From Candidatus Gottesmanbacteria bacterium (GTDB taxonomy: Bacteria > Patescibacteriota > Microgenomatia > 2-02-FULL-39-11): a stretch of DNA of 64,000 nucleotides. The position numbers were made by a program, and so were the translations under genes. The stretch lies in the NCBI GenBank assembly GCA_016186795.1, contig JACPKY010000002.1, positions 861,892-925,891 on the forward strand, written 5' to 3'. Below, piece by piece: positions 27,761 to 37,209 of this stretch (position 1 is the stretch's first letter; the number at the start of each line of letters is the position of its first letter). Under the pieces are notes generated by a model, which had not been told where the DNA came from, ran no database searches, and saw nothing but the letters and a program-made list of their open reading frames with translations.

Positions 27761-28397
27761 TCTCTTCCTCCTCTTTCCCCATCAATTGATTAATGATTCG
27801 TACTACCCGATCTGGATGAGGAACAGCAAGAAACTCAAACTCCAACTCAGTCCCAGCTGTTTGTACATAGACATCGCCGTAGTCGAAAAACGAGCGAATA
27901 AATCCCTGCGTACTCATGGTGACATCTTCAATTTTGGCAATTCTTGTTTCTGAGAATCTCTTGTTTAAAAGATTCACAAAATCGATATCCACGACACGCT
28001 CTTCCGTAACAATCGACACAGTAAAATACCAGATTAAAAAATTTCCCAACATGTAACTAAACGTCAGTAAATACCAACTTAAAATGAGGAAAAAGAGAAA
28101 CTGCCCAGTGGTGCCTGTTGGAATTGATCCCGAAAAAAAGAGTGCCGGAAAAAGGATGGGCGGAAGAATGAGAAGAATAAAACTGATAACAATCCAATGG
28201 AGATTCGTAACCCAGTGTTTGCGTAAAAAAAGAATGATTGTTTCATCATCTGACTGTGTTTCAAATGTAATACCGGTGGGACGCACCATGTACGAAGACA
28301 AAACCTGCTTCATACCTTCCATAATTGGCTTCATCGGTGCGGTTGCAGACGGCTTTGGATTCTGGGGAGAAGCTGGTGAAACAAAAATATCCGGCAT
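27747..28397 (-). CDS. Membrane-flanked bacterial PH domain protein (bPH_2/DUF304/YdbT-like)
   Basis: 216 aa; cytoplasmic stretch then TM hairpin then PH-like domain, pattern typical of YdbS/YdbT family. Confidence 0.45.
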   Translation of the reverse strand: MPDIFVSPASPQNPKPSATAPMKPIMEGMKQVLSSYMVRPTGITFETQSDDETIILFLRKHWVTNLHWIVISFILLILPPILFPALFFSGSIPTGTTGQFLFFLILSWYLLTFSYMLGNFLIWYFTVSIVTEERVVDIDFVNLLNKRFSETRIAKIEDVTMSTQGFIRSFFDYGDVYVQTAGTELEFEFLAVPHPDRVVRIINQLMGKEEEENEPH

Positions 28398-30175
28398 TAT
28401 CTTTTCTCAATATTATATAACGGACCTACAATTTGGATGTTTGCTGGAGCACGAAGGTTGAAGAAATTACTAAACTCTGCTCCGTCAAAACTTACGCTTC
28501 CTCCGTCTCCGGAAATATTGACACGTGTCGTTTTCCCAACCCCTTTATCCCACTCGATTGAAACACTGGAAACACTTTGTAAGGGATTCTCACCACGGCT
28601 TTGAAGTTCTTGTCGAACTCGACCTGCATCCCATGTATCAACCCCGTCGGGATTTGGTTTATCTACTTGGGAAAGATGTTTTTGGGTCGATCCATCCTTC
28701 TTTGCAAGCCGTAGGACATTGACTATGTCAGCAAGTTCATCACTTTTAAGCCAGGCACTCTTTCCGTACTGACTTCGAAATCCCTGTGCTGCATAAAAAC
28801 AGGGAGATTCACGATCGTATGAACGATCGGCAAGGTCACCAAAACTCCCAATATCACCAGAAGTATCTCTCATCCGTTTTGTATATGAACGGTTACTTCC
28901 CCACACATCACCTGATGTAAAGGTGTACCCGCCAAAGGTCGATGCGTACCATGCCTTTATCGCCGCTCCATCTCGTACCATCACTTCTCCCTCTGTTTCT
29001 TTCACAGCTTTTTCCCAATTTCCACCTTTATTACCACCTTTGTAAACCTGACAGGCTTGGGTCGTGCAGATTTCACTTGCGCCATTATTGGTATACGCAA
29101 GCGCATATGATCTAGCAGCCACAACTTGTGCTTTCAAAGCTTCCAAAGGCCAACTTTCCGGCATTTCATAGATACCTAAGAGATAATCATCTAAGTCTTT
29201 TTCTCCATGACCCTGAACTTTAATTTTCATATGGGGATCCTTTTTCTCGTAGGAAATACCATCAAAGTATGCACCAAGTATATCTCGGTATGACTGTCCG
29301 GCTTTGGCCCTTCCATATGCTCCATACTGATTCAAACCAACGCGATGAGGAATACCATAAGTAAATGCTGCAAACGCTGGAGAAAATCCAGGGTCAATTT
29401 TCCGATCATCGGTACAATAGAGAGGACCTGCCCCAAGGCTCGTTGGAAGATTTAAACTTCCGAACTTTTCGGCGAGTAACTGCTGTTGTTTGGCAGAAAG
29501 CTGGGCAATTTGTGTCGATAAAGCAGTCTGATACTTCTTTGCTCCGGAAATTTCTTTTTCCAAAAATCCGGCTTGCTTATCCGTTTCCTCTCTAATTTTT
29601 GCAAGTCTTGCCTTCTCATTTTCTAACTGCTGTTTTTTTTCTTCCAGACCTTTGACATACAAAACAATCTGGACAATGGTATCCCGGTCGTTTTGTACCA
29701 CTTTTTTCTGGTATCCTAACACCCGGATAGTCTGTGGTAAATTTTGGCTCATAAGAAGGAAGATGCCCGGAGAGGAAAACGAAGTTTTTGATTTATACAT
29801 TTCCCGTACTTTTTGCCCCAAAAGCTCAGAGGCGGTTACGAGAAGTTGTTCTCCTTCTGCAACGAGTGCTTCTTTCCGCTTCACTTCCTTTTCTATTCCA
29901 TCAGTCCGGCGTTTGATATCCGCAAGAGTATCTTTCAGCTTAGAAAGACTGCCTTCAAGTGGAGTTGTTGCAGCAACAGAAAGTTCAAGAGCATGCTTGA
30001 GATCCGAAAGTTGCTTTTCCACATCGGCGAGTTCATCAGCGTATACCCGGGTCTTGGGTGAAAAGATAGAAGCAATGAAGATGCTTATTAAAACAAAGAA
30101 AATAAAAAGTTTTTTTGCGGACAGTTGGAAATGCATACTGCGACCTAAAAATGGTAATACTTTGAGTCTTTCCAT
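28397..30175 (-). CDS. SpoIID/LytB-domain protein with N-terminal signal/TM and long coiled-coil
   Basis: 592 aa; coiled-coil residues about 40-230; C-terminal SpoIID block DYLLGIYEMPESWPLEALKAQVVAARSYA...ICTTQACQVY. Confidence 0.65.
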   Translation of the reverse strand: MERLKVLPFLGRSMHFQLSAKKLFIFFVLISIFIASIFSPKTRVYADELADVEKQLSDLKHALELSVAATTPLEGSLSKLKDTLADIKRRTDGIEKEVKRKEALVAEGEQLLVTASELLGQKVREMYKSKTSFSSPGIFLLMSQNLPQTIRVLGYQKKVVQNDRDTIVQIVLYVKGLEEKKQQLENEKARLAKIREETDKQAGFLEKEISGAKKYQTALSTQIAQLSAKQQQLLAEKFGSLNLPTSLGAGPLYCTDDRKIDPGFSPAFAAFTYGIPHRVGLNQYGAYGRAKAGQSYRDILGAYFDGISYEKKDPHMKIKVQGHGEKDLDDYLLGIYEMPESWPLEALKAQVVAARSYALAYTNNGASEICTTQACQVYKGGNKGGNWEKAVKETEGEVMVRDGAAIKAWYASTFGGYTFTSGDVWGSNRSYTKRMRDTSGDIGSFGDLADRSYDRESPCFYAAQGFRSQYGKSAWLKSDELADIVNVLRLAKKDGSTQKHLSQVDKPNPDGVDTWDAGRVRQELQSRGENPLQSVSSVSIEWDKGVGKTTRVNISGDGGSVSFDGAEFSNFFNLRAPANIQIVGPLYNIEKR

Positions 30176-30217
30176 TATACAATAGCGAATTGTTTTGATA
30201 CACTTAAAGTACTGCCC

Positions 30218-30694
30218 ATGAGAAAAGTACTCCTATTTGTTTTTTTACTTTCTTTTTTCCTCTCTCCACCTCCAATTTTTTCGGCAGTCACCCCAACAAC
30301 ATCGGCAATTAGCCCGCAGCCATCGTGTGATCTCTGCGGTTGGTGCAATCAAGCAGTAAACCCCAAACCTTCTAATTGGGATGCATGCCAGGCATGCATC
30401 GCACAACCCCGCGGATATTATACGGTTTTTGGCTGTTTCTCAACCGATCCGACAGGTGCTCCATTTGTCCAGGCAATTTTAACGCTTGTAGTGGGAGTTG
30501 CAGGAGGAATTGCTTTCTTGGCATTCTTAGCTGGCGCTGCAACGGTACTTACATCAACCGGAAACCCAGAGAAACTATCTTCGGGAAAAGAAACAATTAT
30601 TTCCTCTCTTATCGGGCTTCTTCTTATACTCTTTTCTATATTTTTACTTCGGGTCGTCGGAGTTGACGTATTACAAATTCCTGGATTTGGGTAA
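30218..30694 (+). CDS. TrbC/VirB2-like (T4SS-pilin-type) small protein with Cys-rich pre-domain
   Basis: 158 aa; signal peptide, CDLCGWC...ACQAC...GCFSTD module, then two hydrophobic helices separated by LTSTGNPEKLSSGKE loop. Confidence 0.55.
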   Translation: MRKVLLFVFLLSFFLSPPPIFSAVTPTTSAISPQPSCDLCGWCNQAVNPKPSNWDACQACIAQPRGYYTVFGCFSTDPTGAPFVQAILTLVVGVAGGIAFLAFLAGAATVLTSTGNPEKLSSGKETIISSLIGLLLILFSIFLLRVVGVDVLQIPGFG

Positions 30695-30699
30695 AAATA
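30663..30699. repeat. 38-bp direct repeat, left copy (3' end of pilin-like gene plus RBS region)
   Basis: gttgacgtattacaaattcctggatttgggtaaaaata vs 31288..31325 (35/38 identical). Confidence 0.7.
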
Positions 30700-30700
30700 C

Positions 30701-31222
30701 ATGAAAAAACCTATATATTATGCATTTATTGACAGTCAGAATTTAAATCTCGGTATTCATGATTGCGGCTGGAAACTCGATTTTGCCAGATTTTACGTTT
30801 ATTTAAAAGATAAATATAAAGTTGCAAAAGCATTTCTTTTCATCGGATACGTCGCTGGAAACGAAGTGTTATACACTTCTTTGCAAAAAGCAGGATATAT
30901 TGTTATCTTCAAACCTACTCTTGAATTTAAAAAAGAAGGAAAAACCTATACTAAAGGAAACGTAGATGCAGAATTGGTGCTGCATACGATGATAGAGTAT
31001 CCAAACTATAACAAGACAATCATCGTATCAGGAGATGGAGATTTCCATTGCCTTATTGAATATCTGGAGAAGAAAAATAAACTGTTTCACATTCTTATTC
31101 CGAACCCCCACAAATACTCAGCACTTCTTAGGAAATTTCATAAATATTTCATTTATATTTATTCGTTAAAAAGAAAACTAAGCATAAAAAAGAGAGGGAG
31201 TAACCTTCGGACGAAACCTTAG
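30701..31222 (+). CDS. NYN-domain (LabA/PIN-like) ribonuclease family protein
   Basis: 173 aa; YAFIDSQNL...GNVDAELVL...VSGDGDF acidic residue blocks typical of NYN domain. Confidence 0.65.
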   Translation: MKKPIYYAFIDSQNLNLGIHDCGWKLDFARFYVYLKDKYKVAKAFLFIGYVAGNEVLYTSLQKAGYIVIFKPTLEFKKEGKTYTKGNVDAELVLHTMIEYPNYNKTIIVSGDGDFHCLIEYLEKKNKLFHILIPNPHKYSALLRKFHKYFIYIYSLKRKLSIKKRGSNLRTKP

Positions 31223-31287
31223 GTGTGCCCTCTCATCGTGATTAAGTTGGTATTATAGTACATAATATGCAAAATATCAACTGCCAA

Positions 31288-31325
31288 GTAGACATATTAC
31301 AAATTCCTGGATTTGGGTAGAAATA
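31288..31325. repeat. 38-bp direct repeat, right copy (remnant pilin C-terminal codons VDILQIPGFG-stop)
   Basis: gtagacatattacaaattcctggatttgggtagaaata. Confidence 0.7.
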
Positions 31326-31330
31326 TTATT

Positions 31331-32896
31331 ATGAATGAGTTTAGGCTAAAATATCAGATAGTTTCTCACGCAGTGAATCTGTCATACCTCGTATGTGGAA
31401 GTCGCATTTTAATTCGCGCATATAAATCCTTTCTAGTCTTGTTGACCTCAGTCTTATTGTTTATTGTTTCCTCTTTTTCCCTCTCCCCTGTTTATGCAGC
31501 AGCAAATTGTGGAGGTTTTACTTTCAATGTAACACCTGCCGAATCTAAAATAGGAGATCATACTATTTATTCTAATACCACTAACATAGAAATTGGTTTT
31601 GGTCTCAATCATCCTCCTGATGCCCCTGATCCTGATCCTGCTAACAACGGATTTGTTGTAGCTGCTGATGGAGGCGGCCAAAACGATTACGTTTCCACAC
31701 CTCAGCTTATTACCGATACGCAACGTAGTGTGGGACATTGGGATATATACGTAAAGATTGACAATAACGATAAGTATTCTGCTCAATTTCAGACCCGTTC
31801 ACACGCTCTAAACCTTTATCGTGTTTCTGATTTGGTTCCATTTGATACTTCAAAGCGGCCTCCGCCGGATGTGCTTGCAGGCGCAATCCCTGTTTGCACA
31901 TATACTTATCAAGTCATCCCACTTCCAACACCTACTCTGGCATATGTTCCATGCAATTTAAATTTTCGTATGCAAGACTCTCGAGGAAACATTTTGGATA
32001 AACCGACACTAGATGCTGTTTATTGGGTAACGGGAACTATCTCAAATATGCCCGATAGTCCAATTACTTACGATTCCTCAGGTAATGCTTGGAGTAGACT
32101 CTATTTTGGAGACCTCACTGTAGGTAATCGATCTACAGAAGAATATACTCCTGCAGACAAACAGACGATTTTCAAGTATATTGGTACATTTCCTCAACCA
32201 GGTTCTTATAGAGTTACATACGACATCAAATCCCAGACAGTCCAATGTATCCCAACGGACGAGTATGGTGTCGGAGGAGGGGTAACCTGTCCCAGAGACA
32301 AAACTGGAAAAGTACCAACGGATATTAACGGGCATTGCGAGGCTACCATAAATGTTGATGAATCCGGAGGATCTATCGACATTCCAAAAGTTCCGCCGCA
32401 ATGCATACGACAGGGTGGTCCTGATACTGACCCAGAATGTACATATCCTTACTGTAATGACAAATGTTCTTCTTGTCCCTGGTGTACAAATGTTGCACCA
32501 GGCATAAAAATTCCTAATTTAAAACCTCTTTGTGACCAATTACCAAGATCACCAGTAGACTACCAATCTGCCTGCAACACTTGTGTAAACAATACAGATG
32601 AAACAAAAAAAGGGATCTGGACCGGAATAGGGTGTATTTCCACAAATATGAATACATTTCTTGAAGAGTATGTTTTTCGTTTCGGTCCGGGAATTGCAGG
32701 CGGAATTGCCTTTCTCTATTTCCTTTATGGCTGTTTCCTCATCCTGACCTCGGCAGGAGACCCGGAAAAAATTGCCCAAGGAAAAGAAATAATCGTCTCT
32801 GCCCTCTCAGGACTTCTCCTTGTCATCTTTTCTGTCTTTCTCCTTCGTACGATCGGTGTTGATATTCTCGGTCTTCCTGAATTTACTAAACCGTAA
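31331..32896 (+). CDS. Large (about 520 aa) secreted Cys-rich protein ending in a TrbC/VirB2-like pilin module (putative pilus tip/adhesin-like paralog)
   Basis: ORF track start 31313 is TTG; ATG at 31331 (MNEFRL); signal/TM, about 400-aa domain with more than 20 Cys incl. CPWC...ACNTC...GCISTN, then GIAGGIAFLYF...LTSAGDPEKIAQGKE...two-helix pilin module nearly identical in pattern to 30218 gene. Confidence 0.55.
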   Translation: MNEFRLKYQIVSHAVNLSYLVCGSRILIRAYKSFLVLLTSVLLFIVSSFSLSPVYAAANCGGFTFNVTPAESKIGDHTIYSNTTNIEIGFGLNHPPDAPDPDPANNGFVVAADGGGQNDYVSTPQLITDTQRSVGHWDIYVKIDNNDKYSAQFQTRSHALNLYRVSDLVPFDTSKRPPPDVLAGAIPVCTYTYQVIPLPTPTLAYVPCNLNFRMQDSRGNILDKPTLDAVYWVTGTISNMPDSPITYDSSGNAWSRLYFGDLTVGNRSTEEYTPADKQTIFKYIGTFPQPGSYRVTYDIKSQTVQCIPTDEYGVGGGVTCPRDKTGKVPTDINGHCEATINVDESGGSIDIPKVPPQCIRQGGPDTDPECTYPYCNDKCSSCPWCTNVAPGIKIPNLKPLCDQLPRSPVDYQSACNTCVNNTDETKKGIWTGIGCISTNMNTFLEEYVFRFGPGIAGGIAFLYFLYGCFLILTSAGDPEKIAQGKEIIVSALSGLLLVIFSVFLLRTIGVDILGLPEFTKP

Positions 32897-32934
32897 CTAT
32901 TCACAAGGAAACTATGGTACCATAAAGAAAATCT

Positions 32935-33261
32935 ATGGAACTTGCACAAATATTAAATATCCCGGGCGGAAAGGTTCAGGGCCCACTGCCTACTATTGAT
33001 GCTACGGGGAACACCCGTTTTACTGACCTTGCCTCTTTTGTCACCAACCTTCTCCCTTACATCTTTCCAATATCCGGAGTATTCTTACTTTTTTATCTTA
33101 TCTGGGGAGGTTTTAGCTACCTCACGTCAATGGGAGACCCGAAGAAAGCCGCAGCAGGACAAGCAAAAATCACTAACGCTATTTTGGGATTCCTCCTTAT
33201 TTTTGTCGCATTTCTCATTGTCCAAATTGTGGATTACCTGTTTGGACTAAACCTCTACTAA
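32935..33261 (+). CDS. TrbC/VirB2-like (T4SS-pilin-type) small protein
   Basis: 108 aa; two TM helices separated by LTSMGDPKKAAAGQAK loop. Confidence 0.5.
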   Translation: MELAQILNIPGGKVQGPLPTIDATGNTRFTDLASFVTNLLPYIFPISGVFLLFYLIWGGFSYLTSMGDPKKAAAGQAKITNAILGFLLIFVAFLIVQIVDYLFGLNLY

Positions 33262-33262
33262 G

Positions 33263-34594
33263 TCATTTCTCAAAAAACGCAGGGGATGATCCGCCGGGAA
33301 TGACGCGGACGACGTTTAACTTGGCATTATTTTCCAATGTATAAAGAGTCAACTGTTGTGTTCCGCTTTGGAGAGGATTTGGCCGAACTCCGAGAAGCCG
33401 AAAGTCGTCAACCATAAAATCATCTTTTTGCAATGCATTTGGACCAATGATCTGCACGGAGTTTTGACCAAGATCGTATATGCCAACGAGTGGAAGGTTC
33501 GCACTATATTGGTATGGGACAAGAAGTTTTTCCGCATTTAGAAACCAGATAGCAAAGGGTAGAAATCCTTTATCGAGCGTAGATTCAGGAAGATTTGTGG
33601 TACCCATATCAACCAGTGTCGGTTTGGAATTTAGTACTCGTTGCCCTGTTCCATCTATTCCCATAATGTAAAGGTCGTTTTTTTGACTCCCGGTAACACT
33701 ATAGAGAATCTTGGTCTTGTCAGGAGATACCGACATTGCCGAAATAGAAGAATTGGCAACAAGAAGTTTTGCTGATGGGCTTGCAGGATTGACACTGCTT
33801 ATCCCATCAGACCCCCGGAAAAGAACAGTTTTTTCATTCACCCACTCAACTTGAGAAATAGAGGGAGACCGCTTCAGAAGTGAAGTTGCAACTGCCGAAA
33901 CTGAAGAAACTTGGTAACTATCCAGATTATATGTGGCACCTTGCGTCAGAAAAACGAAAGAATCGAAGGAGGGAGACCAGGAATAGTCAGCAATTGCTGC
34001 AGAATTACTTTCTGGGTAGTAGTAAAACGTTTTTTTCTCCCGATCGTAGACTGTCAATTGGGTCAAATTCCCTACTTTGGGAAGCCAGGATAAGTATCTT
34101 CCTGAAAAAGACCAGGAAAGATTTCCTCCCGCTGGTGAAGTATTTTTGGCCAAAAGTGTAACAAATGAAAAATCACTATGGTAAATATCACCATCTTTAA
34201 TAAATGCTAACCGTCCTACCTCAACTGGCGTGATAGTTGCCGATACCGATGCAATAGGTGAAAGCGTTGGTTCAATTGTGGCAGTTGGAAGAAGAATTGG
34301 CGTTGCAGAAGGCCTCGGAGGAGGGGTTGGAGTCGCAGATTTTTTAGATGCCCCCCCTACAAAAAGGAGAAATCCTCCAAGAATAATGATAAGAAGAAGT
34401 AAACCCCCTATGATAAACGGAAGAAACTTTTTCAAAGGATTGACACTTTCTGGAAATTGAGGAGGTGGAGTCTCGGGGGGACCATCAGATGGAGGCGCCT
34501 CACCCTGGGGCACGTCTACCGATGGGGTTTCTACTGGAGTTTCGGAGGGTACATCTTGTGGAGGAGCCTCCTGGGATTGGGCAGTTTGATCCAT
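33263..34594 (-). CDS. TolB-like beta-propeller (PD40 repeat) protein with Pro-rich N-terminus and TM anchor
   Basis: 443 aa; Pro/Glu-rich N-term, TM FLPFIIGGLLLLIIILGGFLLF, Pro/Thr linker, C-terminal repeats like KTKILYSVTGSQKNDLYIMGIDG. Confidence 0.5.
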   Translation of the reverse strand: MDQTAQSQEAPPQDVPSETPVETPSVDVPQGEAPPSDGPPETPPPQFPESVNPLKKFLPFIIGGLLLLIIILGGFLLFVGGASKKSATPTPPPRPSATPILLPTATIEPTLSPIASVSATITPVEVGRLAFIKDGDIYHSDFSFVTLLAKNTSPAGGNLSWSFSGRYLSWLPKVGNLTQLTVYDREKKTFYYYPESNSAAIADYSWSPSFDSFVFLTQGATYNLDSYQVSSVSAVATSLLKRSPSISQVEWVNEKTVLFRGSDGISSVNPASPSAKLLVANSSISAMSVSPDKTKILYSVTGSQKNDLYIMGIDGTGQRVLNSKPTLVDMGTTNLPESTLDKGFLPFAIWFLNAEKLLVPYQYSANLPLVGIYDLGQNSVQIIGPNALQKDDFMVDDFRLLGVRPNPLQSGTQQLTLYTLENNAKLNVVRVIPGGSSPAFFEK

Positions 34595-34639
34595 ACATTT
34601 ATTCTACCAGATTAAACGCAGTCGTCTACTTGGCAAATC

Positions 34640-35476
34640 TCACTTTTCTCTCCATTGAGTAATTGCTTGCTCGTACGATTTGGGAGTTCCAATGTCAATC
34701 CACTTTCCCGCAAAGAGAAACCCGGTGAGTTTCCCTTCTTGAGCTAAGGTAGGGAAAATATCTTCAAGATGTGAAACGGTTCCATGTGGAATATGTTCAA
34801 AAATACTTTTTCTTAAAACATACAAACCGCTATTTACCAGTTGTGACGTCTGCTTTCCCTTCTGTGGCTTTTCCCGAAATTGGGTAATTTTTGTCCCGTG
34901 CAGGACGACTTCACCGAAATTTGATGTGTCAACAACAGAGGTGAGCGCAAGGGTGGCAACACTATCCTGTTCATTGTGAAAAGCAACAAGATCAGAAAGA
35001 TTTATATCCGTAAGAATATCTCCGTGAAGAGCCAAAAACGTATCACTGTGAATGTGTTTCTTGGCAAGGAGGAGTGCTCCACCTGTTCCCATTTCTTTTT
35101 CTTCCAGTACGTAGGTGATTTTCACACCAAACTTCTTGCCGTCTCCGAAATACTCACGGATTTTTTCTCCGAGGTGCCCTATGGAAAAAATAATATCGAC
35201 AATGCTATGGTTTCTTAATAGGTCAACAATGTGTTCAAGAATTGGTTTACCGGCAACTGGAAAAAGCCCTTTGGGCATTTCAAACGTGAAAGGCCGCATG
35301 TTAAGTCCTTTCCCACCGGCAAGTATGACGGCCTGACGAACTTGAGGAACAAGGCTCTGGGTTATAAGATATTCAATTGCGTGGGATCTGTTTCTTATAT
35401 TTACCCCATCAATGATACTGTCAATTTTGGAAAGTAAAGATTTTTTGCAGGTAATAGTAATTCGTTCCCGATCCAT
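34640..35476 (-). CDS. Sugar-phosphate nucleotidyltransferase (NTP_transferase family) with N-terminal ribbon-helix-helix-like extension
   Basis: 278 aa; AVILAGGKGLNMRPFTFEMPKGL G-rich motif; first about 45 aa RITITCKKSLLSKIDSIIDG... resembles RHH fold. Confidence 0.7.
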   Translation of the reverse strand: MDRERITITCKKSLLSKIDSIIDGVNIRNRSHAIEYLITQSLVPQVRQAVILAGGKGLNMRPFTFEMPKGLFPVAGKPILEHIVDLLRNHSIVDIIFSIGHLGEKIREYFGDGKKFGVKITYVLEEKEMGTGGALLLAKKHIHSDTFLALHGDILTDINLSDLVAFHNEQDSVATLALTSVVDTSNFGEVVLHGTKITQFREKPQKGKQTSQLVNSGLYVLRKSIFEHIPHGTVSHLEDIFPTLAQEGKLTGFLFAGKWIDIGTPKSYEQAITQWREK

Positions 35477-35515
35477 AGGCTGATTCTATCAGGAATACTC
35501 TGTGATGCAAGAAAC

Positions 35516-36235
35516 TTACGTTCCGAATCGTCTTTTCCGGGTGGAATAATCGGTAATTGCCTCAACGAAACGCTCAGGAGTAAAATCTGGCCAGTACGTT
35601 TTCGTAAAGTAAAGCTCAGTATACTCAAGTTGCCAGAGAAGAAATCCAGATAACCTCATCTCCCCTCCGGTCCGGATAAGAAGATCAGGGTCTGGCTGAC
35701 CTGCCGTATCTAAAAACTTCTGAAATTGTTCCATTGTTACATTGTCATATTGTTGCATTGCATGATTTATGGCTCGTACGATCTCATCACGCCCACCGTA
35801 ACTTAAAGCAAGATTTACCGTCATCCGGGTATTATCTTTTGTCTTTGCCATCCACTCTTGCGTCTTTTTTTGAATATCTTTAGGAAACAGTGAGATATTA
35901 CCCAGAATGTGAATCTTTACGTTCTTTTTATGGAACCTATCTATTTTTTTATCGAGATTTTCCCGATAAAGTTTCAGAAGAAATGAGACCTCGGTTTTGC
36001 TCCGTTTCCAATTCTCTGTAGAAAAAGCCCAAAAGGTCAGATAGGGAATACCAAGTTCCAACGCTTTATCGACAATCGGCTCAATCCTTTCTTCTCCTTT
36101 CTTATGCCCTTCAAACTCAAAGAGTCCTTTTGCTTTGGCCCATCGTCTATTTCCATCCATAATTATGGCTACATGTTTGGGTAGCGATAATTGATTTTTT
36201 TCCATATGAAATATTATGTCACGCACTATTGTCAA
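35516..36235 (-). CDS. uppS: Isoprenyl transferase (undecaprenyl diphosphate synthase, cis-prenyltransferase)
   Basis: 239 aa; HVAIIMDGNRRWAK and downstream RxG/ER motifs of UPPS family. Confidence 0.85.
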   Translation of the reverse strand: MTIVRDIIFHMEKNQLSLPKHVAIIMDGNRRWAKAKGLFEFEGHKKGEERIEPIVDKALELGIPYLTFWAFSTENWKRSKTEVSFLLKLYRENLDKKIDRFHKKNVKIHILGNISLFPKDIQKKTQEWMAKTKDNTRMTVNLALSYGGRDEIVRAINHAMQQYDNVTMEQFQKFLDTAGQPDPDLLIRTGGEMRLSGFLLWQLEYTELYFTKTYWPDFTPERFVEAITDYSTRKRRFGT

Positions 36236-37209
36236 AAAAGATGGTTGTTGGTAAGACGTGCTCCTTTTGCCGGATTATTGACAATTATCCTTTGTACCTC
36301 TTTTTCCGATTTCAAATTCGCAAGTAGCGTTTCTTGATTTTTTTTCTCACAAAAAAGATGAATATCTTGACCGGTATTGAGTGTAAAAAATACTGGCAGT
36401 CCTTCACTTCGCCATATTAATACCCTTTTTAAAAGAGTAATTGTTTCACTTGTAAAGTAAAGAAGTGGCGGTTTCGATGTAAGCATAACCGCATGAAGCT
36501 CGAGCGCCTCCTCTTCCAAAGTTTTCCCAAAGGCGAAAAAATCTTTTTGCTCTATATACGATTTCATCTCCCTAATCTTTTGTCCTATATGAGAAAGTCG
36601 AGTCGGATAAAATACACTCGTACGCGCATACTTCTGACCCTGCGTTGAAGAAACTTCTTTTTTTGTGGTACTGACAACTACCACAATATCGACGATATCC
36701 CAGTGGTCCGGTGGAAATACGGAATATGCATATGATGACTCATGTGAACTTCCGGCAGTCCACTCAACAAATCCGTCAGGAATTGAACGGCAGGCAGATC
36801 CTGACCCGAGTCTGGCAAGGATCGATAGCTCTTTTTCGGAAAGCTCAAGTCCTGCTGCGCTTGATGCAGCAAGCGTTAATGCAGCAAATCCAGATGAAGA
36901 AGAAGAAAGTCCTGTTGACGTTGGAAAAGAATTGTGACTTACAACTCTTGCTTTTGCTTTTATGTTGGCACGTTTTCTTATCCGATCGATTTGTTCAAGC
37001 ACACGACCCACAGCGTGTACATCTTCAATTTCAACAATTGTCACCTGATCTTTCTCGTAGCTATCATGAAATTCAACCGTTGTGGTTGTGGTAAGACTAC
37101 TTAGATTAACTGAAATACTACCATTTTCTGGAATACGAAGAGATTCATCAATTCTTCCCCAGTATTTGATGAGACCTACATTTGCTGGTGCAATTGCAGT
37201 TGCTTTCAT
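36232..37209 (-). CDS. mvaD: Diphosphomevalonate decarboxylase (GHMP family, MVD)
   Basis: 325 aa; N-terminal APANVGLIKYWGRIDESLRIPENGSISVNL matches MVD signature. Confidence 0.75.
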   Translation of the reverse strand: MKATAIAPANVGLIKYWGRIDESLRIPENGSISVNLSSLTTTTTVEFHDSYEKDQVTIVEIEDVHAVGRVLEQIDRIRKRANIKAKARVVSHNSFPTSTGLSSSSSGFAALTLAASSAAGLELSEKELSILARLGSGSACRSIPDGFVEWTAGSSHESSYAYSVFPPDHWDIVDIVVVVSTTKKEVSSTQGQKYARTSVFYPTRLSHIGQKIREMKSYIEQKDFFAFGKTLEEEALELHAVMLTSKPPLLYFTSETITLLKRVLIWRSEGLPVFFTLNTGQDIHLFCEKKNQETLLANLKSEKEVQRIIVNNPAKGARLTNNHLF

